Assembly (NCBI GenBank): GCA_002633005.1
Contig: NMRA01000007.1
Coordinates: forward strand, 305,461 to 369,460
DNA from: Phoronis australis
Taxonomy: Eukaryota; Animalia; Phoronida
Reading direction: 5' to 3'
Length of the DNA: 64,000 bases
Made by a program: the position numbers and the translations under genes. Positions 38,201 to 48,800 of the stretch are shown in pieces (position 1 is the stretch's first letter; each line of letters opens with the position of its first letter). The notes beneath the pieces were generated by a model. That model had not been told where the DNA came from. It saw nothing but the letters and a program-made list of their open reading frames with translations, and did no database searches.

Positions 38201-40150
38201 ACAGTTTCTATTAAAAGAGTCAGGAGGCTCTAAGACTTTTGCACTGTTCTTTGGCCGCTGGAATAGGGTCTTTGCACAGTTCAATTTGATAGGTTAGGTT
38301 GACTTCTTCTTTAATGGGAAATGGACAGGTTTTTGTTATTCCAAATAGTCTTTCCGATACTTTTTCAACACACGAAAACACGCTTTAAACACTGGCACGT
38401 CAGATTAAACGTGAAGTAGCCATTTCACACCATATTGCATCACCGTGAGAAAATAGTAAAAAAGAATAGTCGAACGTTTGCTGGTCCCCTCGGAAGAAGT
38501 ATCTGCCACGCATATTTAACAGAACACCAACTCTGAGCAGGTGTTGATCATAAACGATAAAGTAAGAACCCTAATGTTTCATTACATTTGTCAATTTATG
38601 TCTTAGTGTGGTCAGAGTGATACATAATAATTAAGGAATTTATATTGCATTGTTGGTCAAGGTAGTCTTTAAGCTATTGTTTTTTGCAATAAGTGTCAGT
38701 AGCAGTGTATTATTTTGTCTGGATAATGTTACTGTGTGGTATGACGTGCTGTTGTAGGAACACAAGCTCAGCAGTTGTGTATCAGCAACGATACGGTGTG
38801 GGCCATGGATCCATCGGGTCAGATTCTGTGCAGATATGGAATTAACACCCTGAATGAGTGTGGAGACTATTGGAAGAAGATACCGGGAACATTCTCATCT
38901 TTTACAGGTGGATAGCTGTTTGACTCTTCCAATGCACATTTTGAGAATCAATAGACTTTAATTAGTTGTAATGCCATTGTTTTCATAGGAGCGATGTTAT
39001 GGTAATATCTGTGATGTTTGTTGTCCGTCCTCTGGTGTCCGTCTGAATTAATCTTTTCATCACTATAGTTCATGGAGTGCAATGGTCTTGTATTAGGGAA
39101 TCCATGATAATCACTTGTATTGACATGAGCTTTATAAACTAATCAAAGAAACAATAAAGTCTTTGTAAGCTGATCATTCATACCAGGTTGCCCAGTTTTT
39201 AGGGTCACCCAGCAAAATCATTCTCCGTTGAATCGACCAATCTTTAAATGCATGGATGTTTTGATCACTGAGGCCATTTCCAAGGAACAATTTGAAAACA
39301 TAAGTCACGGATTTCTACCAAACTTTCTGATTAATAAAGCATTTTTTGTCGTGGAACCCTATTGACTTCTGGTGAATTTAACATTGGATATTTTTGTGGA
39401 CCCACATATTTTGTTTGAGTGGTTTTCAAATAGTCAATGGTGATAATATTAGACGTGCTGAACAACCATTTGCTGTTTTAAGGAGATGTATAGAGACTGA
39501 AAATCCTTTAGGCTCTTATAATTGAATTTGAATCTGCATTCAATAATTACTAAGACACAGAATTTTGTCACTGTATATTAGTAGTGGTATTTCTCCCATA
39601 TCTGTCTGTGATGTAACTTTGTTTTGACACTTGGCCTTGTCCAGTATTGATTTTGGTCAAATTTTATCTGATATAAATCTTCAAGATGAACTCTGTTAGG
39701 TTTTATAAGTTATCATTTTGTTTTTGTTTTTGTTTGATGCAACTTTTCAGTTTTTTCATAAAAGTCTCTGTAGTCCAGTTTTTGATAGCCCGTCATGCAA
39801 AACTGGATCATTTTAAAAACAATTCGTCTTATCTCTTTAAAGAACAGTGCAAAAAGCATACTATAAGAAAGTTTCACATTAATCGTATCGGTCGTTTCTG
39901 ATGTGTTTTGCTCTAAAGTTAGCCACATTTGGGCTTTTTTCACGGGTCCTACTCTACATAAGCTTATCAGAGAGATGGCTTTATTTCATATCAAGTGGTG
40001 ATACATTGTAACAAATTGAATATCTTTACAGTGTCCGCTGACAATAAGCTATGGGCCATCAGTCAAAGCCAACAACTTTACCGCCATTACGCCAGACACC
40101 TGTTGAAGTCTCAGGACACCAAAACAAATGATGACTGGGAGCTATTATAA
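20208..40150 (+). CDS. TECPR2: Tectonin beta-propeller repeat-containing protein 2 (WD40 + low-complexity linker + TECPR repeats + C-terminal LIR), 16 coding exons, 1529 aa
   Basis: Exons 20208-20423, 21637-21765, 23227-23358, 24093-24256, 25328-25776, 26785-27489, 28233-29577, 30581-30808, 33639-33777, 35045-35240, 35544-35633, 36060-36296, 37284-37483, 37942-38032, 38758-38907, 40032-40150; total 4590 nt, in frame. N-terminal LKEFEPL..LTCIDVS..LGSNAG, LYASRPGFRVW (HPS5/TECPR2-type propeller), poly-Lys tract, repeated VWA..G.VY.R.GI....P.GT.W tectonin repeats, terminal DDWELL*. Confidence 0.93.
20829..21010. repeat. 45-bp tandem repeat x4
   Basis: ATTACAATTTATCAAGACTTAGTGTAGTTACAGTAAAATGTTCTA; three near-perfect copies and one degenerate. 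Confidence 0.95.
21319..21498. mobile_element. Possible MITE relic
   Basis: Inverted ends GGTAAAATCTCGCCA / TGGTGAGATTTTACC. Confidence 0.4.
22579..22877 (+). mobile_element. Hairpin-plus-tail insertion with 14-bp TSD, probably Penelope-like retroelement-derived
   Basis: Perfect 102-bp inverted arms 22591-22692 and 22732-22833, 30-bp tail, direct repeat CATAACAGCCTAAC at 22579-22592 and 22864-22877. Right arm plus tail reads ..RKYERNGIKTVKNEKCRVFNKFCITENLLPKYS. Confidence 0.7.
24412..24795 (-). mobile_element. Non-autonomous TIR element, AT TSD, THAP-domain relic (ISL2EU/Harbinger-related), copy A
   Basis: TIR AGGGCCGTCCAAGATTACA / TGTCATCCGGGATGGCCCT, AT on both sides. Internal sequence is the reverse complement of the copy at 31259-31648. 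Confidence 0.7.
26551..26719 (+). mobile_element. Second hairpin-plus-tail insertion, probably Penelope-like
   Basis: 38-bp imperfect arms 26571-26608 and 26622-26659, about 40-bp tail, direct repeat GTATGTGATGAA(C)TGCAT at 26551 and 26703. Reads CIKLSNQKFSRVFNDVCVNGGMLPNYT. Confidence 0.65.
27514..28025 (+). mobile_element. Non-autonomous TIR element with THAP-domain relic, copy B
   Basis: TIR AGGGACGTCCCAGATTACA / TGTAGTCCGGAACGACCCT. Frameshifted SCCAVNW..FAFPTSFRDKKM*S*WIKQVSQVNFEWK at about 27694-27820. Right TSD not preserved. Confidence 0.65.
30393..30499. repeat. 52-bp tandem duplication
   Basis: TGAAGAAAGCAACAATATTGTTTA.GGTACCTT.AAGGATGTTGTGTG twice. Confidence 0.9.
31259..31648 (+). 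mobile_element. Non-autonomous TIR element, AT TSD, THAP-domain relic, copy C
   Basis: TIR AGGGCCGTTCCGGATTACA / GTGAAATCCGGGGCAGCCCT flanked by AT. Contains ..AVQL..VKFFAFPTS; shares TTTACCCACAATGC and CTTATCTCCAGGACAAAGGA with copy B. Confidence 0.7.
36353..36447. repeat. 14-bp minisatellite, about 6.7 copies
   Basis: (ACTGTGTCATAGCA)n. Confidence 0.95.
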
Positions 40151-40422
40151 CATGGAGTTGGCTCAGTTACTGGGAGCTATTGTAACATGGAGTCAGCTCA
40201 GTTACTGGGAGCTATAGTAACGTCATAGAGTTGGCTCAGTTACTGGGAGCTATTGTAACATGGAGTCAGCTCAATTACTGGGAGCTATAGTAACGTTGTA
40301 GAGTTGGCTCAGTTACTGGGAGCTATTGTAACATGGAGTCAGCTCAGTTACTGGGAGCTATAGTAACGTCGTAGAGTTGGCTCAGTTACTGGGAGCTATT
40401 GTAACATGGAGTCGACTCAGTT
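40134..40422 (+). repeat. Minisatellite of 8 units (35/38 bp) starting inside the last TECPR2 codons
   Basis: Unit ACTGGGAGCTAT(T/A)GTAAC..GAGT(CA/TG)GCTCAGTT; lengths 35,35,38,35,38,35,38,35. Confidence 0.95.
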
Positions 40423-43046
40423 CTCGTAACTTAATTGTAACATGGAGTGAGAATAGTACTCCTAATTAATTTCAAAATTGAGTCGGATCCTTGTAATATC
40501 GGAATATTGTCCTAAACCTAGTAAATTGTAAGGTGGAGTCTTCTACTTAATTGCTATGTGAGTCATAACAATCCTGTACTAGGCTATAATGTTGAGTTAG
40601 TACTGTACAATGCTGTGTAACAGTTAGTTTTCAAAATATCTAAGCAGCATCAAACTTTGACAAATTTAATGTTATTAAAAGCAGCTAGTTATACATTTTA
40701 TGACACCAAGAAAATTTTTCAGTTCTGCGTAATTTTTATTAAAATCTTCAAAGCTTTTGTATCAGGTTGTGTACTGAAATGCTGTTTGTCTATCTGAGCA
40801 CAATTGCATCAAGTTTATCTGTGACTTAATATTTGACAACAGTGCTATTTTATTCGTATGAAAGTTTCAAATTGTTCAGGTATAAAGTTTGTCAAACTTT
40901 GAGAGGGTTCACTGAAGCTGTTACTAGTTGATGGCGAAAACTAACTGTAACTTAATTATAAGGTGAAGTCATTGCTGCATTCCTAGATTGCGACTGTTAT
41001 AGTCAGTAAACATGCCTGAATTCAAATTATGGGATAGCAACAAAGATAATTATTAGAGTGAAATATTGATTCCTATAATTATAATTGGTTGGTGGTTTGC
41101 ATTCTCCATGACTTTTGTCATATTTGAAATTTCTCGGTTGAATGTTTTTTGACCTGTTGGTTGCGATTGTCAATACCTTTTGCTTACACATAGGGCTGTG
41201 CTTATTTAATCTAGCCAGTGAATGATTTTCATATAGTAATTTTTTAGCAAAATTTTGTCCGGTAGAAAGTTTTTCTTTGTGATAGTCTTTGACATTTGTT
41301 ATTCGTTACCTTGCAGTATGTCGCTTGCTTGAAAACACCATTTGATTTCTCTTTCACAACCAGCTCTTCAAAATTGATTAGTTTCTTAGTTTTGACATAC
41401 ACCATCATTGTTTGACGGTACGTTGATTAGCCATTGTCGACTTCTGAGCGTTTAGTGTGACAGTCTCGCTTATCTATGAGATTTCAAACCTTTTACGTCA
41501 TGCTTTGAATTAAAATGAATATTAATTATCTTCTGATTTTTCATAATTACTGTGTAATGTGAACACTTGATAGTGTTATTAAATGCTACTCTGTCACAAT
41601 GTGGTTACGTATCGACTTCAGTTCGCTTTGAAACATGTAACATGTTGACTGAAATTTGGATAGGTTCTTAAGGTTTCGGAAGACCATATTGACAGGGCTA
41701 AGTATTTCGCCAAATATCTACAAAACTATAGATTTTAAGTTAGTAAAAATATAATTTTCTTAAACTAGAGAAGTCTGTAGAATTTGACAGTATCAAGAAC
41801 AGTGAATCCTATCAGCTGTTTCCGAGATGTGATGTTCCAAAGTAAGCCAAATCTGAATTTTTCCTAGGGCTGTACTTAAGCTCAAGGTTGGGACGTTGAA
41901 TCGTGTCAGAAAGATTGGAAATTTTCACAGTCCTGGTTTTAAAAGCAAGTGTCTGTTCTTACTTTCTTCAATTTTCTTATATCTGAAAATAAAGACTTTT
42001 TATGGCGTGATGATATTGGTGGTAAATTAGTGGAATAGGTTTTGCTCTTTGAAACTTTTAGATTGCATGAAATGCCCTTTTCTTTTGAATGTTTCTTGTG
42101 GATTTAGCACCTTCAAAGTAGTGTTTTTTTATAAACTTAATTAGACAATCAAGTATTCACAGGGGAAAATGGCAAGCTGTGCTTTACTTGATGAAGAACA
42201 ATTATAGTTTGAGACCTTGAAAGTCTTCTCTATTTGGGTTCGAGTCAGGGTTGATTAATAAGTGATTGAATAAGTTCAAAATTTATTAACAGGCTTTGGT
42301 AATCATCGAAAATGTTGCCCGTCACCTTTTGTTGGATGTACGTACTCATGTGAATGGCTTGGCACCAGATATGAAATTGCAAACGGGTTACAAATTGCAA
42401 TTAAGAAGTCCAACTGCTAACAAATGTTAAATGTTGAATGGCAAGTGATTAATTCGCAAGTGACTCATTTCTGTCTTGGATCAGTGTTGAATACAGTAAT
42501 TTTGTTGGCTGTGTAATAAGTGATATCGCGTTATGCACATTATGTTAATTTTGTACTTTCAACGTGATCACAGAACTCGAGTTGTAAATGAAATTCATTC
42601 TATATTCACAATAGTCTTAGTACAATTAAATATGTAGTCCTGTACAAAAATATCACCTTCAATATTGTAACATTGCCTTGACTTAAGACAGACTTTTTAA
42701 AGTTCAACAATAACGACAAACTTCGACATTAAAACAACCTGTAACTGTGTGTCAGGTCTCTTATTTATAATCATGTACCTTTATTGGGGTTTGTATTTGT
42801 AAATTGTACACTCTATGCATGTGCACCAATAAATGGGTTGCAAAAAATTATACTTCATACATAAATTTAACATTAATTTAAACTACACAACATGTGTAAA
42901 TTTGGCACCTTTTAGTGCATAGTTATGACCAATGGCACTAAATTATGCAATGTGCATTCTAACTAACGGTGTGTGTGATGTAAGATTTGATAACGACACC
43001 AGTAGCAGAATTAATGCACAGAGAGTTCGTTATTCTTCAAGACCGT

Positions 43047-43288
43047 GGGCCCCTTTCCAAGAAAACTGACTTACCTAATACAAATCATAAATTTTAAGAT
43101 AAAACTTGAACTTGTCCCAAGATCGTTTCAAGAAAGAGATCTAAGTTTGACTTAACTTTTTGACATAAGTTTTGTCTTAATTTTGAAAATCTTTATTACC
43201 GGATGTTGAAGTTTCAAAGGTTGGAAGTTAAGACAAATCTTAGTCTAAGTTAAAAATGACCTTAAGTCAGTTTCTTGGATTGGGGCCC
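43047..43288. mobile_element. MITE with GGGCCCC termini (Harbinger-like)
   Basis: GGGCCCCTTTCCAAGAAAACTGACTTA / TAAGTCAGTTTCTTGGATTGGGGCCC inverted ends; no clear TSD. Confidence 0.55.
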
Positions 43289-44262
43289 CTTCGGCAGATA
43301 AAATGACACACCATGACGAGCCAACTTTAGAGCCTGGTCTCAAAAATCCAGAAATGGCACCTAGTTTGTTTTTTATTATAGAGTGTGGGTTTACGGACAC
43401 TTTATATTCACAATAGTCCTCTCAGAATGAGAACAGAAAGCTGTTCATCTTCATGGAAGCATTTGAGAACAAAGTGTCGCCATGTAACTTTTGCAAAGCA
43501 CCTGTTAACTGGTAGAACCCTTGATTAGAGATGTCAGTTGATTAACTTAAGCTCTCAATTTTACTGCTGCTGTTGAAGCCACTATAAATGTGGAGAATAT
43601 CTCACTTACACAGGTCACCATTGAGATTCCCTTTGCCCTCAGACAACTTTTATTATGCCTATTCAGCACGCCCATTGTATTCAAGATAATGAAGCGGAAA
43701 GGTAATGGCGGGCACTACTTTCTCAATGGTTGTAGTTGTTAGTACAACAGAATAATTGGGTTTTCTCTGACATTTGCAGAGTTACAGCCTGTAATGTCAT
43801 AAGTACGGGTTTGATGACGTTTTAGATATTACAAAATAACTAAAAACTATAACTTGGGTTCATATTGAAGGACCATTTCCCCAAATGATCGTTGGTTTTA
43901 AATATTTTCATACTGCTATTGTCATTTTATTTTTAATACTCCAGTCTTCTTTAATTGCATTGTTTCCTGCCAGGCTGCAGATTCTGATCGTTAATGAAAC
44001 TTAAAAAGTCAAATCTTGCCCACCGACCTACTTCATCTATGTGTTGCTTGGATTTTCACATTGACTTTGAAGCTTGCCATAGTTAGTCTTCGTGACACGT
44101 GTTTCATCGCCAGCTGATTACTGAATATCAGTTTTCCGGTAAGCATGCTACCCGTTAAATCAAGTAATTCCACTCGACTGGGCGATAAGCGCCGTCTAAA
44201 AAGCTATATTGACATTTAATTTGGTCACCGCGAGTTGTCTCTGTTTGTCATAATAAAGTTTA

Positions 44263-44834
44263 GGGCTGTTCCAGCAAAATCTGTGTGGGAGGGGGGGAGG
44301 GAAGGCAACTGAAATAAAAATTTATGGGTGGTTGCGTTCGATTTCAATTCAAAATGGCTGGTGGTCGTACTTCAAAAAAATAAAAATTTACAGGCCGTTG
44401 TTGTTTCATTGGGCCATAAATGTTTGATGGTGGGTAATTTTAGTAAATTTTATAAACAATCCGCACAGAATCAAAAACTGAAACAAAAATGCAACTTGCA
44501 AAAAGCTCAGACTTTTTCACTCCCTCCGATCTCCTCATCAGCATGCCCATAACACCAGTTAACCACAGGTGCTCGAATTTCTCGATGGCTAATAACCATA
44601 TATAAGAAACATATGTTTTCTTAGTAATGAATGACATTAGTGGTGATGGAGGAACAGATAAACTCAAGCGCCTGTGCAGTCAACCACAAGAACAAAAAAA
44701 AATTACGGGTGGTTGCATTTCAAACTTATAAAAAATTACGGGTGGTAGGCTGAAGAAATAAATGAAAAATATGGGTGGTGGGTGCGAAAAAAAGGTGCCT
44801 CCCCCCTCCCATACAGATTTTACTGGAACAGACC
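44263..44834. mobile_element. PIF/Harbinger-type MITE, TTA TSD
   Basis: TIR GGGCTGTTCCAGCAAAATCTGTGTGGGAGGGGGG / CCCCCCTCCCATACAGATTTTACTGGAACAGACC; TTA at 44260-44262 and 44835-44837; internal GGGTGGT/AAAAATT subrepeats. Confidence 0.8.
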
Positions 44835-45698
44835 TTAGTCGTATACTAAAAGAATAAACCATTTGATATAGTTAATTATGATCAGCGTTTTATAAACCCT
44901 CCCAGTGTATCAATACCCATGGTCCATAACCAATGTTTGTAGTTTTTAGCTTTATTTGATATTTAAAAACTGAAAACCATACTACGTTGCTTTTCCAGCT
45001 GAATACCGCCATAATGATTACTTTTAACGAAAATGCATTTTGAAAATTTGAGTCCGACTCTGGTGTTGTGTGCTCTTTGATCCAAGTGAAGGCCTCTCAG
45101 ACGAAAGTGAGTGACCAGTGGTGAAAATTCCCACATATCTTTAGAAATGCCTGTTTTCCTTGTAAGCGAATTATTCACAGTATGAAACCCATGGTCTGTC
45201 CAAGAAGTAACTTTTTCGAAAATTTTATAAAATCGTCCTTGCCTTGTTCCTTACTCAGAATAGAAGTGATTTTTGGGTTTGCAAAGAACTGTCAGTTCGT
45301 TATTCCTCGAGAGTACGCTTGGCTCATAAAATAACACGCCAACCCAAAGAGCCTGATCTTCAACAGTAATGACCCATCATTGTTTTGAAGTCTAGAAATC
45401 ACCTCCTATTTGACTAAGGAACAATTTCAACATTTCAATACCATAAGTGGTCTAAATCAAATGTGTTTTTGTGATGCAAGGCATATTTGCAGCCGCTTTA
45501 CTATCACTTTCACATAAATAGATGGGATTTTGAAGCGACACACAAGCTTGTACATTAGTTTGATACATAAACGTCAGTTTCCTGTTTGGCCATGGATCAC
45601 TGCACATATTATTTATGGCCCCTTTCACTTTGACCAACTCAAACTTCATCAAAACAGCAGAAACAGCCGTGTTCACTCTTATTCGCAGGCCCAATGAG

Positions 45699-45888
45699 CA
45701 TTATTATTTCTGGCCACTCCTATCTTGAATGACGCAGGCTAAATCAGTGGCATCATCTTTGCCACTCCAATCTTGACTGACACGTGCTCAATAATCATCA
45801 TTTTTGGCCACTCCCATCTTGACTGACACCATCTCAGCAATCATTATTTCTGGGCGTTGCCATCTTGGTTGACCTCTGTGGTTGTAAT
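45699..45888 (-). repeat. Degenerate tandem repeat (about 46 bp x4) spanning the SRF stop codon
   Basis: On +, CAT(T/C)AT..TGGCCACTCC.ATCTTGA.TGAC recurs four times; the last copy is the SRF terminal coding sequence. Confidence 0.8.
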
Positions 45889-48800
45889 TACTGGTTGAAT
45901 GACCTGCAACAGGAGACAACATCCTCACATCCTCAGTGAGACACTGACATAACTAATTATCATTAGGAGCTTTTAACAACTGAACACATTAAAAACATCT
46001 CTGAAAACACTTTACGTCTAAGTAATTAAGAAAAACTCGGGGTGTTTTCCAACTGTAGGGGTTGGCACTTTGCCCTTTCTATTTGTCTACAATTTGCCTC
46101 CAGATGTCCCTTTGTATCGATATTAACTATCTCTGGTGTTGTCTGTGGTGGTTATTTCAGCTTCCTGATGTCTCTGGAGAGTGAGTGAATGAAACTGCAA
46201 CCAGACCAGCCATCAAGACATTTTAAGACGTTGAGGAAGGGGCGAATGATGGATTTGAACACAACATTCTTATAATGTCTTAAATGTTCACCATTTTCAC
46301 CAAATTTGGAAGGCAACTGCCAAATATGATCACTGGTCCTCCTGATTTTGGCCTTATGTCGACGATTATCAACCACAAACTAAGGAAATAGCAATTGATG
46401 CACACGTGAAATAAGAGTGAATGTTCACCTGTGAATTGGCAATGGACACAGGTACAGGTATGGTGATGTACTGTTGGCCAGCTGTAAAGAAGAGAGGGAG
46501 GCATAATTATCATACAGGTAGTGAAGATACTTGAGAAAGGGCAGCTGTAAGTTCACTCATAAACTATTTCACGAACACAAACAACATAGGCAGGCTTAGG
46601 TTGCCTGTGAGGGCAGAATGGCCTAGTAGGTTGAGTGTTCGTCTACTGGGTTCAAATCAATCTAGTCCTCCCTGCTAGACCTTTGAGTCACGTCTCCACT
46701 GAGCAGACTGTGCACTTCCGATGCAACATGTACTATTTTCTGAGGTACCCTAGGGACACAAAAAAACATCAAGATGCTGATTTCACTGCCTACACAGGAG
46801 TTTTCGCTAAAAAGTTGGATGGGTCATCCAAGATCCGTCAGCAAATTAAAGGTACTGTTTATTTGAAAACTTTAAAAATTGCTCTAAATTCCAAAGGCTG
46901 CTGTAACAGTTATAAGTGGTGTCTGACTCATAAGCACACAAAACTATTTTTTATGCATGGGAACAAAAAAAGTGGTTGAGAAGAGCTGGTCAGGTCAACA
47001 GCCTACTTGACCGTGACCCAAAGTGAACTTTAACCTCCACAGACTTTAACCTCCACAGTGCAAATTCAAGAAAGATCACTGATTCACTAGTTTCTCATTA
47101 ATTTTTAAATTACTGCATCAGACAGGAAACATTTCACCTGTGCTTCAAAGTTTCAAGACAATTTGAAAGTTTCCTTCTCTTCAAATAACTATGTTAGACA
47201 TTTCTTGATTTGAATTAGAAACCATCTCAAGCTTAAATACAACTAAACAGGTGTTGCTCCCTGATGGTGTGACAAATATTTAACAGAAAGACATACATGC
47301 TTGCTGATCGGGAATTGTTAATGCTGTCGGAGTTTGTGGAAAGTTGAAGATGAAACCCTCGGAGAGGTTACCAACAGTAGAGGGAGCTGCATACACTACC
47401 CCCTGCGGTGTGTGGTACATGACGGGCTGGGCGGTGTTGGTCGTTGTGCTGTTGTTGTTGACAGGAGCTAGAACACAGAATGAAGACTGAACGTCGTATG
47501 AACTCACATTCATACAGTATTGGAGATAGTATGGTAAGAAGCAATAGTATCTTGCAAGGGTCTGCGATTCTGAGAATAGGTTTGATGTCCGTTATTCAGT
47601 GGAGAAAACTGGTTCTCAAAATGTGGGACCCTTGTTAATGACTAGTACCATAAGATCACAAAAATGTATGGGGATTATCCAATCCTCCCAAGTCTGGATT
47701 ATCTGTAACAGTTTGGATTTAAATAGCCCAAAATATAAGTGGGTTTACTTTTAATGGCCAGATTCTTTGTTTGGCCATTGAGTGTCAAAAATGACTTTCA
47801 GTGATAGCGCTACCTACATTCTTTACTGGGTTGTCATGTATAGGTTGACTTACCAGGTACAGCGTAATCATAAACTAATCTAAAGCACCTAAAAGACCGC
47901 CTTCCATAGAAATTTCTGACTTAGAAATTTGTCTGGTATTGTTCCTTAGTGAAACAGAAGTTGATTTTAGCGCCGATGATGGTCTCAAGGAATAATTAAT
48001 AGTCACATCTTCCACACCCAGAAATTCCTTCTCATCTGATTACGGAATATGGTGACACCAAGTTTACGCCAGTAATTGGTCTCAATCAAAAGTTCACTTG
48101 GATGGAATGTGGGTTTAAATCCACCTTAATATCTGCAATAATGAGAATTTAACAACATATTTGACAGATTGAGAAATGATCCTAGAAAGAAATCAAAGTT
48201 TTTAACACGGAGGTCCACACAACTTGGCAAAGCATGATTCATACCTGAGGCTGGTGTTATGTTGGTCAAGGTCACTGTCGAGTTAGACGCATCACCAGCG
48301 CCACCTCCAGAGGAATTGGCCACATTAGAGACACCTGGGGATGAAGTTATAATGCGATTAAGTACACTCCAATTTTTCCTTAAATAATATAACACTAATT
48401 ATGATATTCTAATATTCCTTTCATCAACTTTATTATGACAGATGGTTTAGCCACAGCTGTACTTGATTGTAAAACAATCCCAAAACCTATTCTGCAGGCC
48501 TCTTCAGTTGAATTTTTTTTTCAAGTTGTCAAAACCAAACTTGTTAAGCTGCTATTCTGTATTACTTACAGTTAATGTAATTGTTGACATTAGCAAAGTT
48601 ATTATAAATGCACAGGAGCACTTACCAGACAGTGCGAGCAGCTGGTTATTTGGGAACCTGTACACAGTCTGCCCTTGCTGTTGATTCGACTGTTGGATAG
48701 GAACTAACCCCATAGGGGTCGCTATTTGTGGAGTGCCTGAAAATTTGAGCAAGCTTTGTGATGAAGGTGGTAGAAATATATGCCACGTTTATACTGACTT

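Noticed and set aside
40134-40422. CRISPR-like regular array
   Set aside because: The units have no unique spacers, the context is eukaryotic and there are no cas genes; it is a minisatellite.
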